Assembly: GCF_003334315.1 (NCBI RefSeq)
Contig: NZ_QOWR01000003.1
Origin: Escherichia coli
GTDB taxonomy: Bacteria > Pseudomonadota > Gammaproteobacteria > Enterobacterales > Enterobacteriaceae
Reading direction: 5' to 3' (one strand)
Length of the DNA stretch: 64,000 nucleotides
Shown: piece by piece, positions 12,615-26,437 of the stretch
Position numbering within the stretch: position 1 is the first letter of the stretch
Layout of the letters: the number at the start of each line of letters is the position of its first letter
Translations under genes and position numbers: made by a program
The notes under the pieces: model-generated
Databases searched by the model: none
Told to the model about the DNA's origin: nothing
The model's input: only the letters and a program-made list of their open reading frames with translations

Positions 12615-14171
12615 ATGCTGGTGAGAACACGACATCTGGTCGGCCTTATTTCGGGAGTACTGATTCTTTCAGTATTGCTGCCTGTCGGCTTAAGCATCTG
12701 GCTGGCCCATCAGCAGGTAGAAACATCGTTTATTGAAGAGCTGGATACCTATTCCTCCCGCGTCGCTATTCGAGCCAATAAGGTGGCGACACAAGGGAAA
12801 GATGCGCTGCAGGAGCTGGAAAGATGGCAAGGCGCTGCCTGTAGCGAAGCCCATCTCATGGAAATGCGTCGGGTATCTTACAGTTATCGCTATATTCAGG
12901 AAGTGGTTTATATCGATAACAACGTTCCCCAGTGTTCGTCTCTGGAGCATGAAAGTCCGCCCGATACCTTCCCCGAGCCAGGTAAAATTTCGAAAGATGG
13001 TTATCGTGTCTGGTTAACATCGCATAACGATTTAGGCATTATCCGTTACATGGTCGCCATGGGAACGGCACATTATGTCATCATGATCGACCCCGCTTCC
13101 TTTATTGATGTCATTCCCTATAGCTCATGGCAAATTGATGCCGCCATTATTGGCAATGCCCATAACGTTGTCATAACCAGCAGCGATGAAATTGCTCAGG
13201 GAATTATTACCAGGCTGCAAAAAACACCCGGTGAGCATATCGAAAATAATGGAATCATTTACGATATCCTGCCCTTCCCGGAGATGAATATTTCGATCAT
13301 CACCTGGGCTTCAACGAAAATGTTGCAGAAAGGCTGGCATCGGCAAGTCTTTATTTGGTTACCGCTCGGGTTGGTGATTGGCCTGCTGGCAGCGATGTTT
13401 GTGCTGCGTATTTTGCGCCGTATCCAGTCACCGCATCATCGGCTGCAGGATGCTATCGAAAATCGTGATATTTGCGTGCACTATCAGCCGATTGTCTCCT
13501 TAGCCAATGGCAAAATTGTCGGTGCTGAGGCACTGGCGCGCTGGCCGCAGACAGACGGCAGTTGGTTGTCACCAGATAGTTTTATTCCGCTGGCACAGCA
13601 AACGGGCCTTTCTGAGCCATTGACGCTACTGATTATAAGAAGCGTCTTTGAAGATATGGGCGACTGGCTGCGTCAGCATCCGCAGCAGCATATTTCGATC
13701 AATCTTGAATCCACCGTGCTCACCTCGGAAAAAATCCCGCAATTGCTGCGTGAAATGATCAATCACTATCAGGTTAATCCCAGACAGATCGCGCTTGAAC
13801 TCACTGAACGCGAGTTTGCCGATCCGAAAATCAGCGCCCCGATAATTTCTCGCTACCGGGAGGCGGGCCATGAAATTTATCTTGATGATTTTGGTACGGG
13901 GTATTCAAGTTTAAGTTATTTACAGGATCTGGATGTCGACATTCTGAAGATCGATAAATCTTTCGTTGATGCGCTGGAATATAAAAATGTCACGCCGCAT
14001 ATCATCGAAATGGCAAAAACACTGAAACTGAAAATGGTAGCGGAGGGAATCGAAACCAGTAAACAAGAAGAGTGGCTACGCCAGCATGGCGTGCACTACG
14101 GTCAGGGCTGGCTCTACAGCAAGGCATTACCGAAAGAAGATTTCTTACGCTGGGCCGAGCAACATTTGTGA
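12615..14171 (+). CDS. pdeB: c-di-GMP phosphodiesterase PdeB (YlaB), CSS-motif sensor + EAL domain
   Basis: ORF track 12615..14171, 518 aa; N-terminal TM/periplasmic CSS domain and C-terminal EAL domain (EALARW, DDFGTGYSSLSYL); true start may be the GTG two codons downstream. Confidence 0.9.
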   Translation: MLVRTRHLVGLISGVLILSVLLPVGLSIWLAHQQVETSFIEELDTYSSRVAIRANKVATQGKDALQELERWQGAACSEAHLMEMRRVSYSYRYIQEVVYIDNNVPQCSSLEHESPPDTFPEPGKISKDGYRVWLTSHNDLGIIRYMVAMGTAHYVIMIDPASFIDVIPYSSWQIDAAIIGNAHNVVITSSDEIAQGIITRLQKTPGEHIENNGIIYDILPFPEMNISIITWASTKMLQKGWHRQVFIWLPLGLVIGLLAAMFVLRILRRIQSPHHRLQDAIENRDICVHYQPIVSLANGKIVGAEALARWPQTDGSWLSPDSFIPLAQQTGLSEPLTLLIIRSVFEDMGDWLRQHPQQHISINLESTVLTSEKIPQLLREMINHYQVNPRQIALELTEREFADPKISAPIISRYREAGHEIYLDDFGTGYSSLSYLQDLDVDILKIDKSFVDALEYKNVTPHIIEMAKTLKLKMVAEGIETSKQEEWLRQHGVHYGQGWLYSKALPKEDFLRWAEQHL

Positions 14172-14212
14172 ATTGTAGGGCTGACGGCACGCCGCACAGC
14201 CCGTCACGCTAC

Positions 14213-14566
14213 CTATTCGTCGATGATTGACTCGAATCCGCCATAGATCATTCGCTTGCCGTCAAACGGCATGGACTCGCCGAACTCTTTCATCCGTGGG
14301 TCCGACATCATCTTTTGATTAGCAGCGTCGCGGACCTCTTTTGAAGGGTATTCAATCCAGCTAAAGACAACCTCTTCATTCTCTTCCGCTTTCACCGCCA
14401 TACGAAAATCGGTCACTTTGCCATCCGGTACATCGCTGGCCCAGCATTCGACAATACGAAGCGCGCCAAACTCTTTAAACAATGGCGCAGCCTTAGCGGC
14501 CATTTCCCGATAGGCATCCTTTTTATCGGCAGGAACGGCAACCACAAAACCATCAACATACTTCAT
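14213..14566 (-). CDS. ybaA: DUF1428 family protein YbaA
   Basis: ORF track 14213..14566, 117 aa, MKYVDGFVVAVPADKKDAYREMAAKAAPLFKEFGAL; convergent with pdeB. Confidence 0.85.
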   Translation of the reverse strand: MKYVDGFVVAVPADKKDAYREMAAKAAPLFKEFGALRIVECWASDVPDGKVTDFRMAVKAEENEEVVFSWIEYPSKEVRDAANQKMMSDPRMKEFGESMPFDGKRMIYGGFESIIDE

Positions 14567-14676
14567 CAGACATACCTCCGAAGCGTACTGCGCAGCCAGA
14601 CAATTCTTGCGACGTCAGTTGTGGTTAAAGTTTAGCCATATTGGGATTTTTTGACGAAACGGTGGGAGGCAGAAAT

Positions 14677-14790
14677 GGGTGGGGGCCCTGCCAGCTACAT
14701 CCCGGCACACGCGTCATCTGCCTTGGCTGCTTCCTTCCGGACCTGACCTGGTAAACAGAGTAGCGTTGCGGGAGAACCAACAGAGCCCCC
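14677..14790 (-). ncRNA. ffs: 4.5S RNA (SRP RNA, ffs)
   Basis: Reverse complement of 14677..14790 reads GGGGGCTCTGTTGGTTCTCCCGCAACGCTACTCTGTTTACCAGGTCAGGTCCGGAAGGAAGCAGCCAAGGCAGATGACGCGTGTGCCGGGATGTAGCTGGCAGGGCCCCCACC, the E. coli 4.5S RNA; ends are approximate to 1-2 nt. Confidence 0.93.
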
Positions 14791-14866
14791 ATTGAGAGCG
14801 TTGAGAACCAACGCGCAGGCGCATTATCACTGCTGCCCCGGCTAATTGCAACCCATCGCGTGCCAG

Positions 14867-15256
14867 ATGCTGGTTTCTTGCGCAATGCGACTTCACTCGG
14901 GCGTTTTTCCAGATTATGCTGAAAAATTACCTCAGGAAGAAAAGATGGAAAAAGAAGATTCATTTCCCCAACGCGTCTGGCAAATCGTCGCCGCTATTCC
15001 CGAAGGCTATGTCACCACTTACGGTGATGTGGCGAAACTGGCGGGATCGCCCCGCGCCGCGCGCCAGGTGGGCGGTGTGTTAAAGCGTCTCCCTGAAGGC
15101 AGCACCTTACCCTGGCACCGGGTGGTTAATCGCCACGGCACAATTTCGCTAACCGGACCGGATTTACAGCGTCAGCGACAGGCATTACTGGCAGAAGGTG
15201 TGATGGTATCGGGAAGCGGGCAAATCGACTTGCAGCGTTATCGCTGGAACTACTAA
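14867..15256 (+). CDS. atl: Alkyltransferase-like DNA repair protein Atl (YbaZ)
   Basis: ATG at 14867 inside ORF-track entry 14846..15256; 129 aa; MGMT-like C-terminal DNA-binding domain without the active-site cysteine. Confidence 0.85.
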   Translation: MLVSCAMRLHSGVFPDYAEKLPQEEKMEKEDSFPQRVWQIVAAIPEGYVTTYGDVAKLAGSPRAARQVGGVLKRLPEGSTLPWHRVVNRHGTISLTGPDLQRQRQALLAEGVMVSGSGQIDLQRYRWNY

Positions 15257-15276
15257 CCCTCTCCGGGCGGAGAGGG
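15257..15276. terminator. Hairpin between convergent atl and ybaY (possible bidirectional terminator)
   Basis: ccctctccg-gg-cggagaggg inverted repeat straddling both stop codons; no strong T-run. Confidence 0.4.
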
Positions 15277-15286
15277 TTAACGTCGC

Positions 15287-15859
15287 TTAATATTGCGTAG
15301 GAGCTGGAACTGCCGAAGACGGATTCACCTGAGTTGGTGAAGTCGAAGGTACGGTAGTCGTTGCGCCACCGCTGGCCTGAACCGGCACGGCGGTTTGCTG
15401 TACCGGCACCAATGTCAGGTCGGCTTTAGTTCCGCCCTGGTTGATCACCGGCTGAACGGTATCGGTGATAAATACCAGTTTGTCATTCACGGTAATCGCC
15501 GCACTCAACAGAATACGCGCGTTCGGCTGAACATCTGCCGGGTTAAATGGCAGAACAAAGCTGAATGGTGACTGTTTACCTTCAGTACGCACCGCTTTCT
15601 GCGCCAGCACTTTTGACGGTGCATCGGCTAACGACGCGTCAGAAAGTGTCACGGTCAGCACAACATCAGGCGGCAGTGCGACTTTCTGACGGATCCAGAC
15701 GGTACCGGAGACATTCGGTTGCTGGATAGCAGGTTGTTGTGTTGCTGAAATAGACGTATTTGCAGCCGGGGATGGCGTCTGAATATCCGCGCTTTTATCT
15801 GCGCAAGCCGCCAACGCAATCGCAACCGCTAAACCACTGGCCATGTGCACGAGTTTCAT
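15287..15859 (-). CDS. ybaY: Lipoprotein YbaY
   Basis: ORF track 15287..15859, 190 aa, MKLVHMASGLAVAIALAAC lipobox signal. Confidence 0.85.
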   Translation of the reverse strand: MKLVHMASGLAVAIALAACADKSADIQTPSPAANTSISATQQPAIQQPNVSGTVWIRQKVALPPDVVLTVTLSDASLADAPSKVLAQKAVRTEGKQSPFSFVLPFNPADVQPNARILLSAAITVNDKLVFITDTVQPVINQGGTKADLTLVPVQQTAVPVQASGGATTTVPSTSPTQVNPSSAVPAPTQY

Positions 15860-16076
15860 TCATTTCTCCTTATTATCAATGCACCAGCGGGCTAACTTTC
15901 CTCGCCGGAAGAGTGGTTAACAAAATAGTAACGTCAACAAGTGTGGCACACATCACGCATTTCTGCCTGTAATTAGCCCGTAATTCAGACCATTGCACCC
16001 ATCGGACCAGTAGCAAATTTGCGTTATACTCAACTCACTTTGGCTTGCTGCGGCAGCTTTGTTACTGGAGAGTTAT

Positions 16077-16937
16077 ATGAGTCAGGCGCTAAAAAATTTA
16101 CTGACATTGTTAAATCTGGAAAAAATTGAGGAAGGACTCTTTCGCGGCCAGAGTGAAGATTTAGGTTTACGCCAGGTGTTTGGCGGCCAGGTCGTGGGTC
16201 AGGCCTTGTATGCTGCAAAAGAGACCGTCCCTGAAGAGCGGCTGGTACATTCGTTTCACAGCTACTTTCTTCGCCCTGGCGATAGTAAGAAGCCGATTAT
16301 TTATGATGTCGAAACGCTGCGTGACGGTAACAGCTTCAGCGCCCGCCGGGTTGCTGCTATTCAAAACGGCAAACCGATTTTTTATATGACGGCCTCTTTC
16401 CAGGCACCAGAAGCGGGTTTCGAACATCAAAAAACAATGCCGTCCGCGCCAGCGCCTGATGGCCTGCCTTCGGAAACGCAAATCGCCCAATCGCTGGCGC
16501 ACCTGCTGCCGCCAGTGCTGAAAGATAAATTCATCTGCGATCGTCCGCTGGAAGTCCGTCCGGTGGAGTTTCATAACCCACTGAAAGGTCACGTCGCAGA
16601 ACCACATCGTCAGGTGTGGATCCGCGCAAATGGTAGCGTGCCGGATCATCTGCGCGTTCATCAGTATCTTCTCGGTTACGCTTCTGATCTTAACTTCCTG
16701 CCGGTAGCTCTACAGCCGCACGGCATCGGTTTTCTCGAACCGGGGATTCAGATTGCCACCATCGACCATTCCATGTGGTTCCATCGCCCGTTTAATTTGA
16801 ATGAATGGCTGCTGTATAGCGTGGAGAGCACCTCGGCGTCCAGCGCACGCGGCTTTGTGCGCGGTGAGTTTTATACCCAGGACGGCGTGCTGGTTGCCTC
16901 AACCGTTCAGGAAGGGGTAATGCGTAATCACAATTAA
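16077..16937 (+). CDS. tesB: Acyl-CoA thioesterase II
   Basis: ATG at 16077 ([30 protein letters not shown]) inside ORF-track entry 16059..16937; 286 aa. Confidence 0.93.
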   Translation: MSQALKNLLTLLNLEKIEEGLFRGQSEDLGLRQVFGGQVVGQALYAAKETVPEERLVHSFHSYFLRPGDSKKPIIYDVETLRDGNSFSARRVAAIQNGKPIFYMTASFQAPEAGFEHQKTMPSAPAPDGLPSETQIAQSLAHLLPPVLKDKFICDRPLEVRPVEFHNPLKGHVAEPHRQVWIRANGSVPDHLRVHQYLLGYASDLNFLPVALQPHGIGFLEPGIQIATIDHSMWFHRPFNLNEWLLYSVESTSASSARGFVRGEFYTQDGVLVASTVQEGVMRNHN

Positions 16938-16976
16938 AAAAATAGCCGGAGGTGAAAACCGTCCGGCTGTTTTTTG
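16936..16976. terminator. Bidirectional intrinsic terminator between tesB and amtB
   Basis: aaaaaa-agccgga-ggtgaaaaccg-tccggct-gttttttg: GC-rich stem flanked by A-run and T-run. Confidence 0.75.
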
Positions 16977-16985
16977 CAGTGCTTG

Positions 16986-18272
16986 TTACGCGTTATAGGC
17001 ATTCTCGCCGTGGCTGTTGACGTCCAGCCCTTCTCGCTCCTGTTCTTCAGGCACACGCAGGCCAACCGTCAGATCCGCCAGTTTGTAGCCAATAAATGCC
17101 ACCACACCGGACCAGACGATCGTAATGGCAATGCTTTCCAGCTGTACCAGCAACTGATGGCCCATCGTCACACCTTCAGCGAAGCCCACGCCGCCCAGCG
17201 AGCTGGCGGCAAAAATCCCGGTCATGATACAGCCGACAATGCCACAAACGCCGTGCACACCGAAGACATCGCAGGGATCATCCACCCGCAGCAAGCGTTT
17301 GAGCATGGTAACGCCCCACAAGCCCGCCAGACCAGCTACCACGCCGATAATCAACGCGCCGCCAACCCCAATGTAGCCGCAGGCTGGCGTCACGCCGACC
17401 AGACCGGCAATCGCGCCAGAACACGCCCCCAGCAGTGAAGGCTTACCACGCAGCGCCCATTCACCGAAGATCCAGCCAAGAATTGCCGCCGCCGTTGCGA
17501 CCACAGTATTCACAAAAGCCAGTGCCGCGATTTCATTCGCCGTGCCCGCTGACCCGGCGTTAAAGCCAAACCAACCGATATAGAGAATGGCAGTCCCGGT
17601 GAAGACCATCGGCAGGTTGTGCGGTTTAAACGCCTCTTTACCGAAGCCCACACGTTTTCCTATCAGATACGCGCCCACCAGACCGGCGATTGCGGCGTTA
17701 ATGTGCACCACTGTGCCCCCCGCGAAATCCAGTGCACCGTGAGAAGCCAGCAAACCACCGCCCCAGACCATATGCGCAATCGGAATGTAAGAGAGCGTCA
17801 GCCATACCACCACGAAAATCAACACAGCTGAGAAGCGGATTCGTTCCGCCAGCGCCCCAACTATCAAGCCTACGGTAATGCAGGCAAACGATCCCTGAAA
17901 CGCTACGTGGATATACTGATAAATGCTGCCCATCACCGCCGTCAGTTCGATGTTTTTCAGCATCAACCAGTTAATGTTGCCGAAGAAGTTGTTGCCCTCA
18001 CCAAACGCCAGCGAGTAACCGTAAACCACCCAGAGAATACAGACCAGTGCAAATGTCACCGTCACCTGCGTCAGCATCGACAGCACGTTTTTGCCGCGAA
18101 TCAACCCACCGTAAAACAGGGCAATCCCCGGAATAGTCATAAACAGCACCAGCGCAGTACAAATCATCATAAACGCATTGTCGGCTTTATCGGCCACCGC
18201 AGGTGCAGCCATTACCAGTCCCGGCAGCATCGCCAGTGAAGCAAGCCCAGTTTTTATCGTCGCTATCTTCAT
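16986..18272 (-). CDS. amtB: Ammonium transporter AmtB
   Basis: ORF track 16986..18272, 428 aa, signal peptide MKIATIKTGLASLAMLPGLVMA followed by 11 TM helices; downstream of glnK. Confidence 0.95.
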   Translation of the reverse strand: MKIATIKTGLASLAMLPGLVMAAPAVADKADNAFMMICTALVLFMTIPGIALFYGGLIRGKNVLSMLTQVTVTFALVCILWVVYGYSLAFGEGNNFFGNINWLMLKNIELTAVMGSIYQYIHVAFQGSFACITVGLIVGALAERIRFSAVLIFVVVWLTLSYIPIAHMVWGGGLLASHGALDFAGGTVVHINAAIAGLVGAYLIGKRVGFGKEAFKPHNLPMVFTGTAILYIGWFGFNAGSAGTANEIAALAFVNTVVATAAAILGWIFGEWALRGKPSLLGACSGAIAGLVGVTPACGYIGVGGALIIGVVAGLAGLWGVTMLKRLLRVDDPCDVFGVHGVCGIVGCIMTGIFAASSLGGVGFAEGVTMGHQLLVQLESIAITIVWSGVVAFIGYKLADLTVGLRVPEEQEREGLDVNSHGENAYNA

Positions 18273-18301
18273 TTTTCGTTCCTGTTGCTGTGTGCCAGAG
18301 A

Positions 18302-18640
18302 TTACAGCGCCGCTTCGTCGGCTTCGCCGGTACGAATACGAATGACGCGTTGCAATTCAGCGACGAAGATTTTGCCGTCGCCAATTTTTCCGGTGTAAGC
18401 CGCCTTACTGACGATATCGATCACTTCATCGAGTTGGTCATCAGCAATCGCCACATCAATTTTTACTTTTGGCAGGAAGTTGACGCTGTATTCCGCCCCC
18501 CGGTACAGCTCGGCATGCCCTTTCTGACGCCCGAAACCTTTCACTTCGGTGACGGTCAGGCCCTGAATACCAATGGAAGATAACGCTTCACGAACGTCTT
18601 CCAGCTTGAATGGTTTGATTATCACGGTCACCAGCTTCAT
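18302..18640 (-). CDS. glnK: PII nitrogen regulatory protein GlnK
   Basis: ATG at 18640 inside ORF-track entry 18302..18778; MKLVTVIIKPFKLEDVREALSSIGIQGLTVTEVKGFGRQKGH, 112 aa. Confidence 0.95.
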   Translation of the reverse strand: MKLVTVIIKPFKLEDVREALSSIGIQGLTVTEVKGFGRQKGHAELYRGAEYSVNFLPKVKIDVAIADDQLDEVIDIVSKAAYTGKIGDGKIFVAELQRVIRIRTGEADEAAL

Positions 18641-18691
18641 AGATCCCCTCCGGTCAGAATTCGGTAATGGTTCTGCTACACGAAGAAGGTA

Positions 18692-18709
18692 TTGCAAGCG
18701 GTGTGCCAG
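18692..18709 (-). promoter_or_regulatory. Sigma54 (-24/-12) promoter of glnK-amtB
   Basis: Minus strand reads cTGGCACaccgcTTGCAat, a perfect GG-N10-GC element about 50 nt upstream of the glnK ATG. Confidence 0.75.
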
Positions 18710-18760
18710 AAATGAAAAACGAGAAAGAGAGCAGGAAGTTAAGAAGTTTGAAAATGAAAA

Positions 18761-18801
18761 CGCACTATGACAGTGCACAGTGCGTTACATTTTTGCACCA
18801 A
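18761..18801 (-). promoter_or_regulatory. Putative NtrC enhancer-binding region upstream of the glnK sigma54 promoter
   Basis: cgcactatgacagtgcacagtgcg inverted repeats plus a tgcacca half-site, 60-100 bp upstream of the -24/-12 element. Confidence 0.4.
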
Positions 18802-18820
18802 CGATGAAATATTGCGCTAT

Positions 18821-22367
<3,547 letters not shown>

Positions 22368-22396
22368 GCGTTGTGTCCTGACCTGATTCTGGATAT

Positions 22397-22855
22397 TTAT
22401 TCGATGGGTAAAGAAGTGGTGTATTTAATCTGTTCCATCGCGAAGCTGGAAGTGACGTCCGACAGCCCCGGCACGCTGTTTACCAGACGCTTATAAAACT
22501 CGTCGTAGCGTTTCATGTCGGCAACCTGGACGCGCATCAGATAATCGTATTCACCAGCCATGCGCCAGAACCCCAGCACTTCTGGCATTTCGGTAACCAC
22601 CGTGACAAAGCGGCAATACCATTCGCTGCTGTGATGTTGCGTTTTTATCAGCACAAAAGCGGTCAGGCCGAGGCCTATTTTTTCCGGATCCAGCAGGGCG
22701 ACTTTGCCGATAAGGATACCGTCGTCCTCCAGCCGTTTCAGGCGCTTCCAGCAAGGGGTGGTTGTCAGATTAACGGCTTCAGCCAGTGCCTGCAAAGAGA
22801 GGGTGCAATCCTGCTGCAGTAAGGCCAGCAGCTTACGGTCAATTTTATCTAACAT
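22397..22855 (-). CDS. decR: Lrp/AsnC-family transcriptional regulator DecR (YbaO)
   Basis: ATG at 22855 ([48 protein letters not shown]) inside ORF-track entry 22397..23083; 152 aa. Confidence 0.85.
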
Positions 22856-23007
22856 AGCCCTTCCACAGAGAATTTTTTTCTCTTTTAATTTTATTTTAAA
22901 GGTGAAATCACGACAATTTATTCTGTGCGGTTTAAACACCACGGCACAAAATGACAAATTCAACGCAAAAAAAACCGGGCAATTGCCCGGTGCTGGAAGG
23001 GATCTCG

Positions 23008-23826
23008 TTATTCGGGGGAATAAGGTAGATGTGGATAGTCCAGCCAGTGCGTCAAATAGTGAGAGACAGCCTGATTTCGGCAATGTCCAATCACCGGTAA
23101 ATGCGGGAGCTCCGCGCGCAGTTGCGGCATCGCATTGCCCATAATAAATCCGCTACCGACGCTGACTAACATTTCGCGATCGTTCATCGCATCACCAAAG
23201 GCCATGCAATCGCGCAACGATAAACCTAAATGTTGGGTCAGCACCGTCAATGCAGCGCCTTTATTGCAGCCCACCGGCAGCACTTCGAGGCAATCCGTGG
23301 CGGAAAAACACAAATGTGCACGCTCGCCTAATGCTTCGTATAGCTGGATCTGCAAGCGTGTAAGATCGTCGTGATCGCCACAGAAGCAGATCTTGGTGAC
23401 GCTGCCGAGTGGCATTTTTTTGACATCGATTATCTGATAACGAAAACCGCTATAGACAAATGCCTGCAACAACGCAGGGATCTCTTTCCCGGTAAACCAA
23501 CCGTCGTCATTGAAGATATGCATGCTGGCTCGGGTATCCCATTGCTGATACAGCACCAGCTCCGCGACATCCGCAGGTAAATCATCACGATGTAAAAGTT
23601 CACCTTCCAGAGAATGCACGCGCGTTCCGTTGCCGGTAATCAAATACGCATCCAGCGATAGCGCCCCGAGAATATGCTGCATCTCCAGCGCATGACGCCC
23701 CGTGGCAAAAGTGAGGGTAATGTCGCGTTCACGCAGTCGCGCCAAAGTAGAGAGGGTTTTCTCACCTAAATGATGGTCAGGCATCAATAAAGTGCCATCC
23801 ATATCAAATGCTGCCAGACGAGCCAT
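23008..23826 (-). CDS. cof: HAD-family HMP-PP phosphatase Cof
   Basis: ATG at 23826 ([17 protein letters not shown] motif I) inside ORF-track entry 23008..23838; 272 aa. Confidence 0.9.
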
Positions 23827-23855
23827 TTCTTTCTCCACTCTGTGACACGGTTAAT

Positions 23856-23872
23856 GGTGATTGAGTATCACC
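23856..23872. promoter_or_regulatory. Inverted repeat in the cof-ybaE divergent intergenic region (candidate operator)
   Basis: ggtgat-tgagt-atcacc, perfect 6-bp arms, centred in the 99-bp divergent region. Confidence 0.3.
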
Positions 23873-23925
23873 TGATATATACGGAAGTAATAGTGAATAG
23901 TTAAATAATATTGTTCCGGGTTTAT

Positions 23926-25626
23926 ATGCGATTGCTCAACCGTCTTAACCAGTATCAACGTCTGTGGCAACCTTCCGCCGGAAAGCCGCAAACCGTCACC
24001 GTCAGCGAACTGGCCGAACGCTGTTTTTGCAGCGAACGCCATGTTCGTACGCTGTTGCGTCAGGCACAGGAGACGGGATGGCTGGAGTGGCAGGCGCAGT
24101 CAGGACGCGGAAAGCGCGGACAATTACGCTTTCTGGTCACGCCGGAATCGCTACGTAATGCGATGATGGAACAGGCACTGGAAACCGGAAAGCAGCAAGA
24201 TGTGCTGGAGCTGGCGCAACTGGCCCCAGGTGAGCTGCGCACTCTGTTACAGCCGTTTATGGGCGGACAATGGCAAAACGATACACCCACGTTGCGTATT
24301 CCCTACTATCGCCCGCTCGAACCGCTACAACCAGGCTTTTTGCCCGGCCGTGCCGAGCAGCATCTCGCCGGGCAGATATTTTCCGGCCTGACCCGCTTCG
24401 ATAATAATACTCAGCGCCCGATTGGCGATTTAGCGCATCACTGGGAAACCTCTACTGACGGGTTACGCTGGGACTTTTATCTTCGTTCAACCCTACACTG
24501 GCATAACGGCGATGCAGTAAAAGCCTCACACTTACACCAGCGATTATTGATGCTGTTACAACTGCCAGCACTGGATCAATTATTTATTAGCGTGAAGCGT
24601 ATTGAAGTCACCCATCCGCAGTGTCTGACCTTCTTTTTACATCGCCCTGATTACTGGCTTGCGCACCGGCTGGCGAGCTATTGCAGCCATCTGGCGCATC
24701 CGCAATTCCCACTGATCGGCACGGGTCCTTTTCGCTTAACACAATTCACAGCAGAGCTGGTGCGCCTGGAAAGCCATGATTATTACCATTTACGTCATCC
24801 GCTGCTTAAAGCGGTTGAGTACTGGATAACTCCGCCGCTTTTCGAAAAAGATTTGGGAACCAGTTGTCGGCATCCCGTGCAAATCACCATCGGCAAACCG
24901 GAGGAGCTGCAACGGGTCAGCCAGGTCAGTAGCGGCATCAGTTTAGGTTTTTGCTATTTGACGTTGCGCAAAAGTCCCCGACTCTCCCTCTGGCAGGCGC
25001 GAAAAGTGATCTCCATTATTCATCAATCCGGTTTATTACAAACGTTAGAAGTCGGAGAAAACCTGATCACCGCCAGTCATGCATTACTGCCAGGCTGGAC
25101 TATTCCGCATTGGCAGGTACCGGATGAAGTCAAACTACCGAAAACCTTGACGCTGGTTTATCACCTACCGATAGAACTTCATACCATGGCAGAACGCCTA
25201 CAGGCGACACTGGCAGCGGAAGGCTGTGAACTCACAATTATTTTTCATAACGCAAAAAACTGGGACGACACGACCCTACAGGCACACGCAGACCTCATGA
25301 TGGGCGACAGATTAATTGGCGAAGCACCGGAATATACTCTGGAGCAATGGCTGCGCTGCGATCCGCTGTGGCCACATGTTTTCGACGCTCCAGCATACGC
25401 ACATCTACAATCGACACTGGACGCGGTGCAAATAATGCCTGATGAAGAAAACCGATTTAATGCCCTGAAAGCGGTTTTTAGCCAGTTAATGACAGATGCG
25501 ACGCTGACGCCGCTGTTCAACTATCACTATCGCATTAGTGCCCCTCCCGGCGTGAACGGTGTGCGACTGACACCGCGCGGCTGGTTTGAATTTACCGAAG
25601 CCTGGCTTCCCGCGCCATCGCAATGA
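23926..25626 (+). CDS. ybaE: YbaE: N-terminal winged-helix domain fused to a solute-binding-protein-like domain (SgrR-like architecture)
   Basis: ATG at 23926 inside ORF-track entry 23911..25626; 566 aa; N-terminus TVSELAERCFCSERHVRTLLRQAQETGWLEW resembles an HTH. Confidence 0.85.
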   Translation: MRLLNRLNQYQRLWQPSAGKPQTVTVSELAERCFCSERHVRTLLRQAQETGWLEWQAQSGRGKRGQLRFLVTPESLRNAMMEQALETGKQQDVLELAQLAPGELRTLLQPFMGGQWQNDTPTLRIPYYRPLEPLQPGFLPGRAEQHLAGQIFSGLTRFDNNTQRPIGDLAHHWETSTDGLRWDFYLRSTLHWHNGDAVKASHLHQRLLMLLQLPALDQLFISVKRIEVTHPQCLTFFLHRPDYWLAHRLASYCSHLAHPQFPLIGTGPFRLTQFTAELVRLESHDYYHLRHPLLKAVEYWITPPLFEKDLGTSCRHPVQITIGKPEELQRVSQVSSGISLGFCYLTLRKSPRLSLWQARKVISIIHQSGLLQTLEVGENLITASHALLPGWTIPHWQVPDEVKLPKTLTLVYHLPIELHTMAERLQATLAAEGCELTIIFHNAKNWDDTTLQAHADLMMGDRLIGEAPEYTLEQWLRCDPLWPHVFDAPAYAHLQSTLDAVQIMPDEENRFNALKAVFSQLMTDATLTPLFNYHYRISAPPGVNGVRLTPRGWFEFTEAWLPAPSQ

Positions 25627-25690
25627 ATAGCTGGTCCGGGTTAATCGCAGGCGTTACCATAACGCTTTTATTGTTCAAGCAGGATTATCT

Positions 25691-26386
25691 ATGAAACGTG
25701 CTGTCGTTGTGTTCAGTGGAGGTCAGGATTCCACCACCTGTCTGGTGCAGGCATTACAACAATATGATGAAGTCCATTGCGTGACGTTCGATTACGGTCA
25801 GCGACATCGCGCAGAAATCGACGTGGCACGCGAACTGGCGCTGAAACTGGGAGCACGCGCGCATAAGGTTCTTGATGTAACGCTGCTCAACGAGCTGGCG
25901 GTCAGCAGCCTGACACGTGACAGCATTCCGGTGCCTGATTATGAACCTGAAGCCGATGGCATCCCGAATACGTTTGTCCCAGGGCGTAATATTTTGTTCC
26001 TGACGCTGGCGGCAATATATGCGTATCAGGTAAAAGCAGAAGCCGTAATTACCGGCGTCTGTGAAACGGATTTCTCCGGCTACCCGGATTGCCGCGATGA
26101 GTTTGTGAAAGCACTAAACCATGCCGTCAGTTTGGGCATGGCGAAAGATATTCGTTTTGAAACGCCGCTGATGTGGATTGATAAAGCGGAAACCTGGGCG
26201 CTGGCAGATTATTACGGCAAACTGGATTTAGTCCGTAACGAAACGTTGACCTGCTATAACGGCATTAAAGGCGACGGTTGCAGTCATTGTGCGGCATGTA
26301 ATTTACGCGCCAACGGTTTGAATCATTATCTGGCCGATAAACCGACGGTGATGGCAGCGATGAAGCAGAAAACCGGGTTGAGGTAA
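25691..26386 (+). CDS. queC: 7-cyano-7-deazaguanine synthase QueC
   Basis: ORF track 25691..26386, 231 aa, [20 protein letters not shown]-loop and C-terminal Zn-binding cysteines. Confidence 0.93.
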   Translation: MKRAVVVFSGGQDSTTCLVQALQQYDEVHCVTFDYGQRHRAEIDVARELALKLGARAHKVLDVTLLNELAVSSLTRDSIPVPDYEPEADGIPNTFVPGRNILFLTLAAIYAYQVKAEAVITGVCETDFSGYPDCRDEFVKALNHAVSLGMAKDIRFETPLMWIDKAETWALADYYGKLDLVRNETLTCYNGIKGDGCSHCAACNLRANGLNHYLADKPTVMAAMKQKTGLR

Positions 26387-26400
26387 TTATTCCGGGTGTC

Positions 26401-26425
26401 GCCGGATGCGGCTTGAGCATCCGGC
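26401..26425. repeat. REP-like palindrome / bidirectional terminator between queC and fadM
   Basis: gccggatgc-ggcttga-gcatccggc perfect 9-bp arms. Confidence 0.6.
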
Positions 26426-26437
26426 ACCACAAAACGT

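Noticed and set aside
15257-15276. atl/ybaY junction hairpin as a strong intrinsic terminator
   Set aside because: The stem is good but there is no flanking T-run, so it is kept only as a low-confidence feature; it may be a REP-like stabiliser instead.
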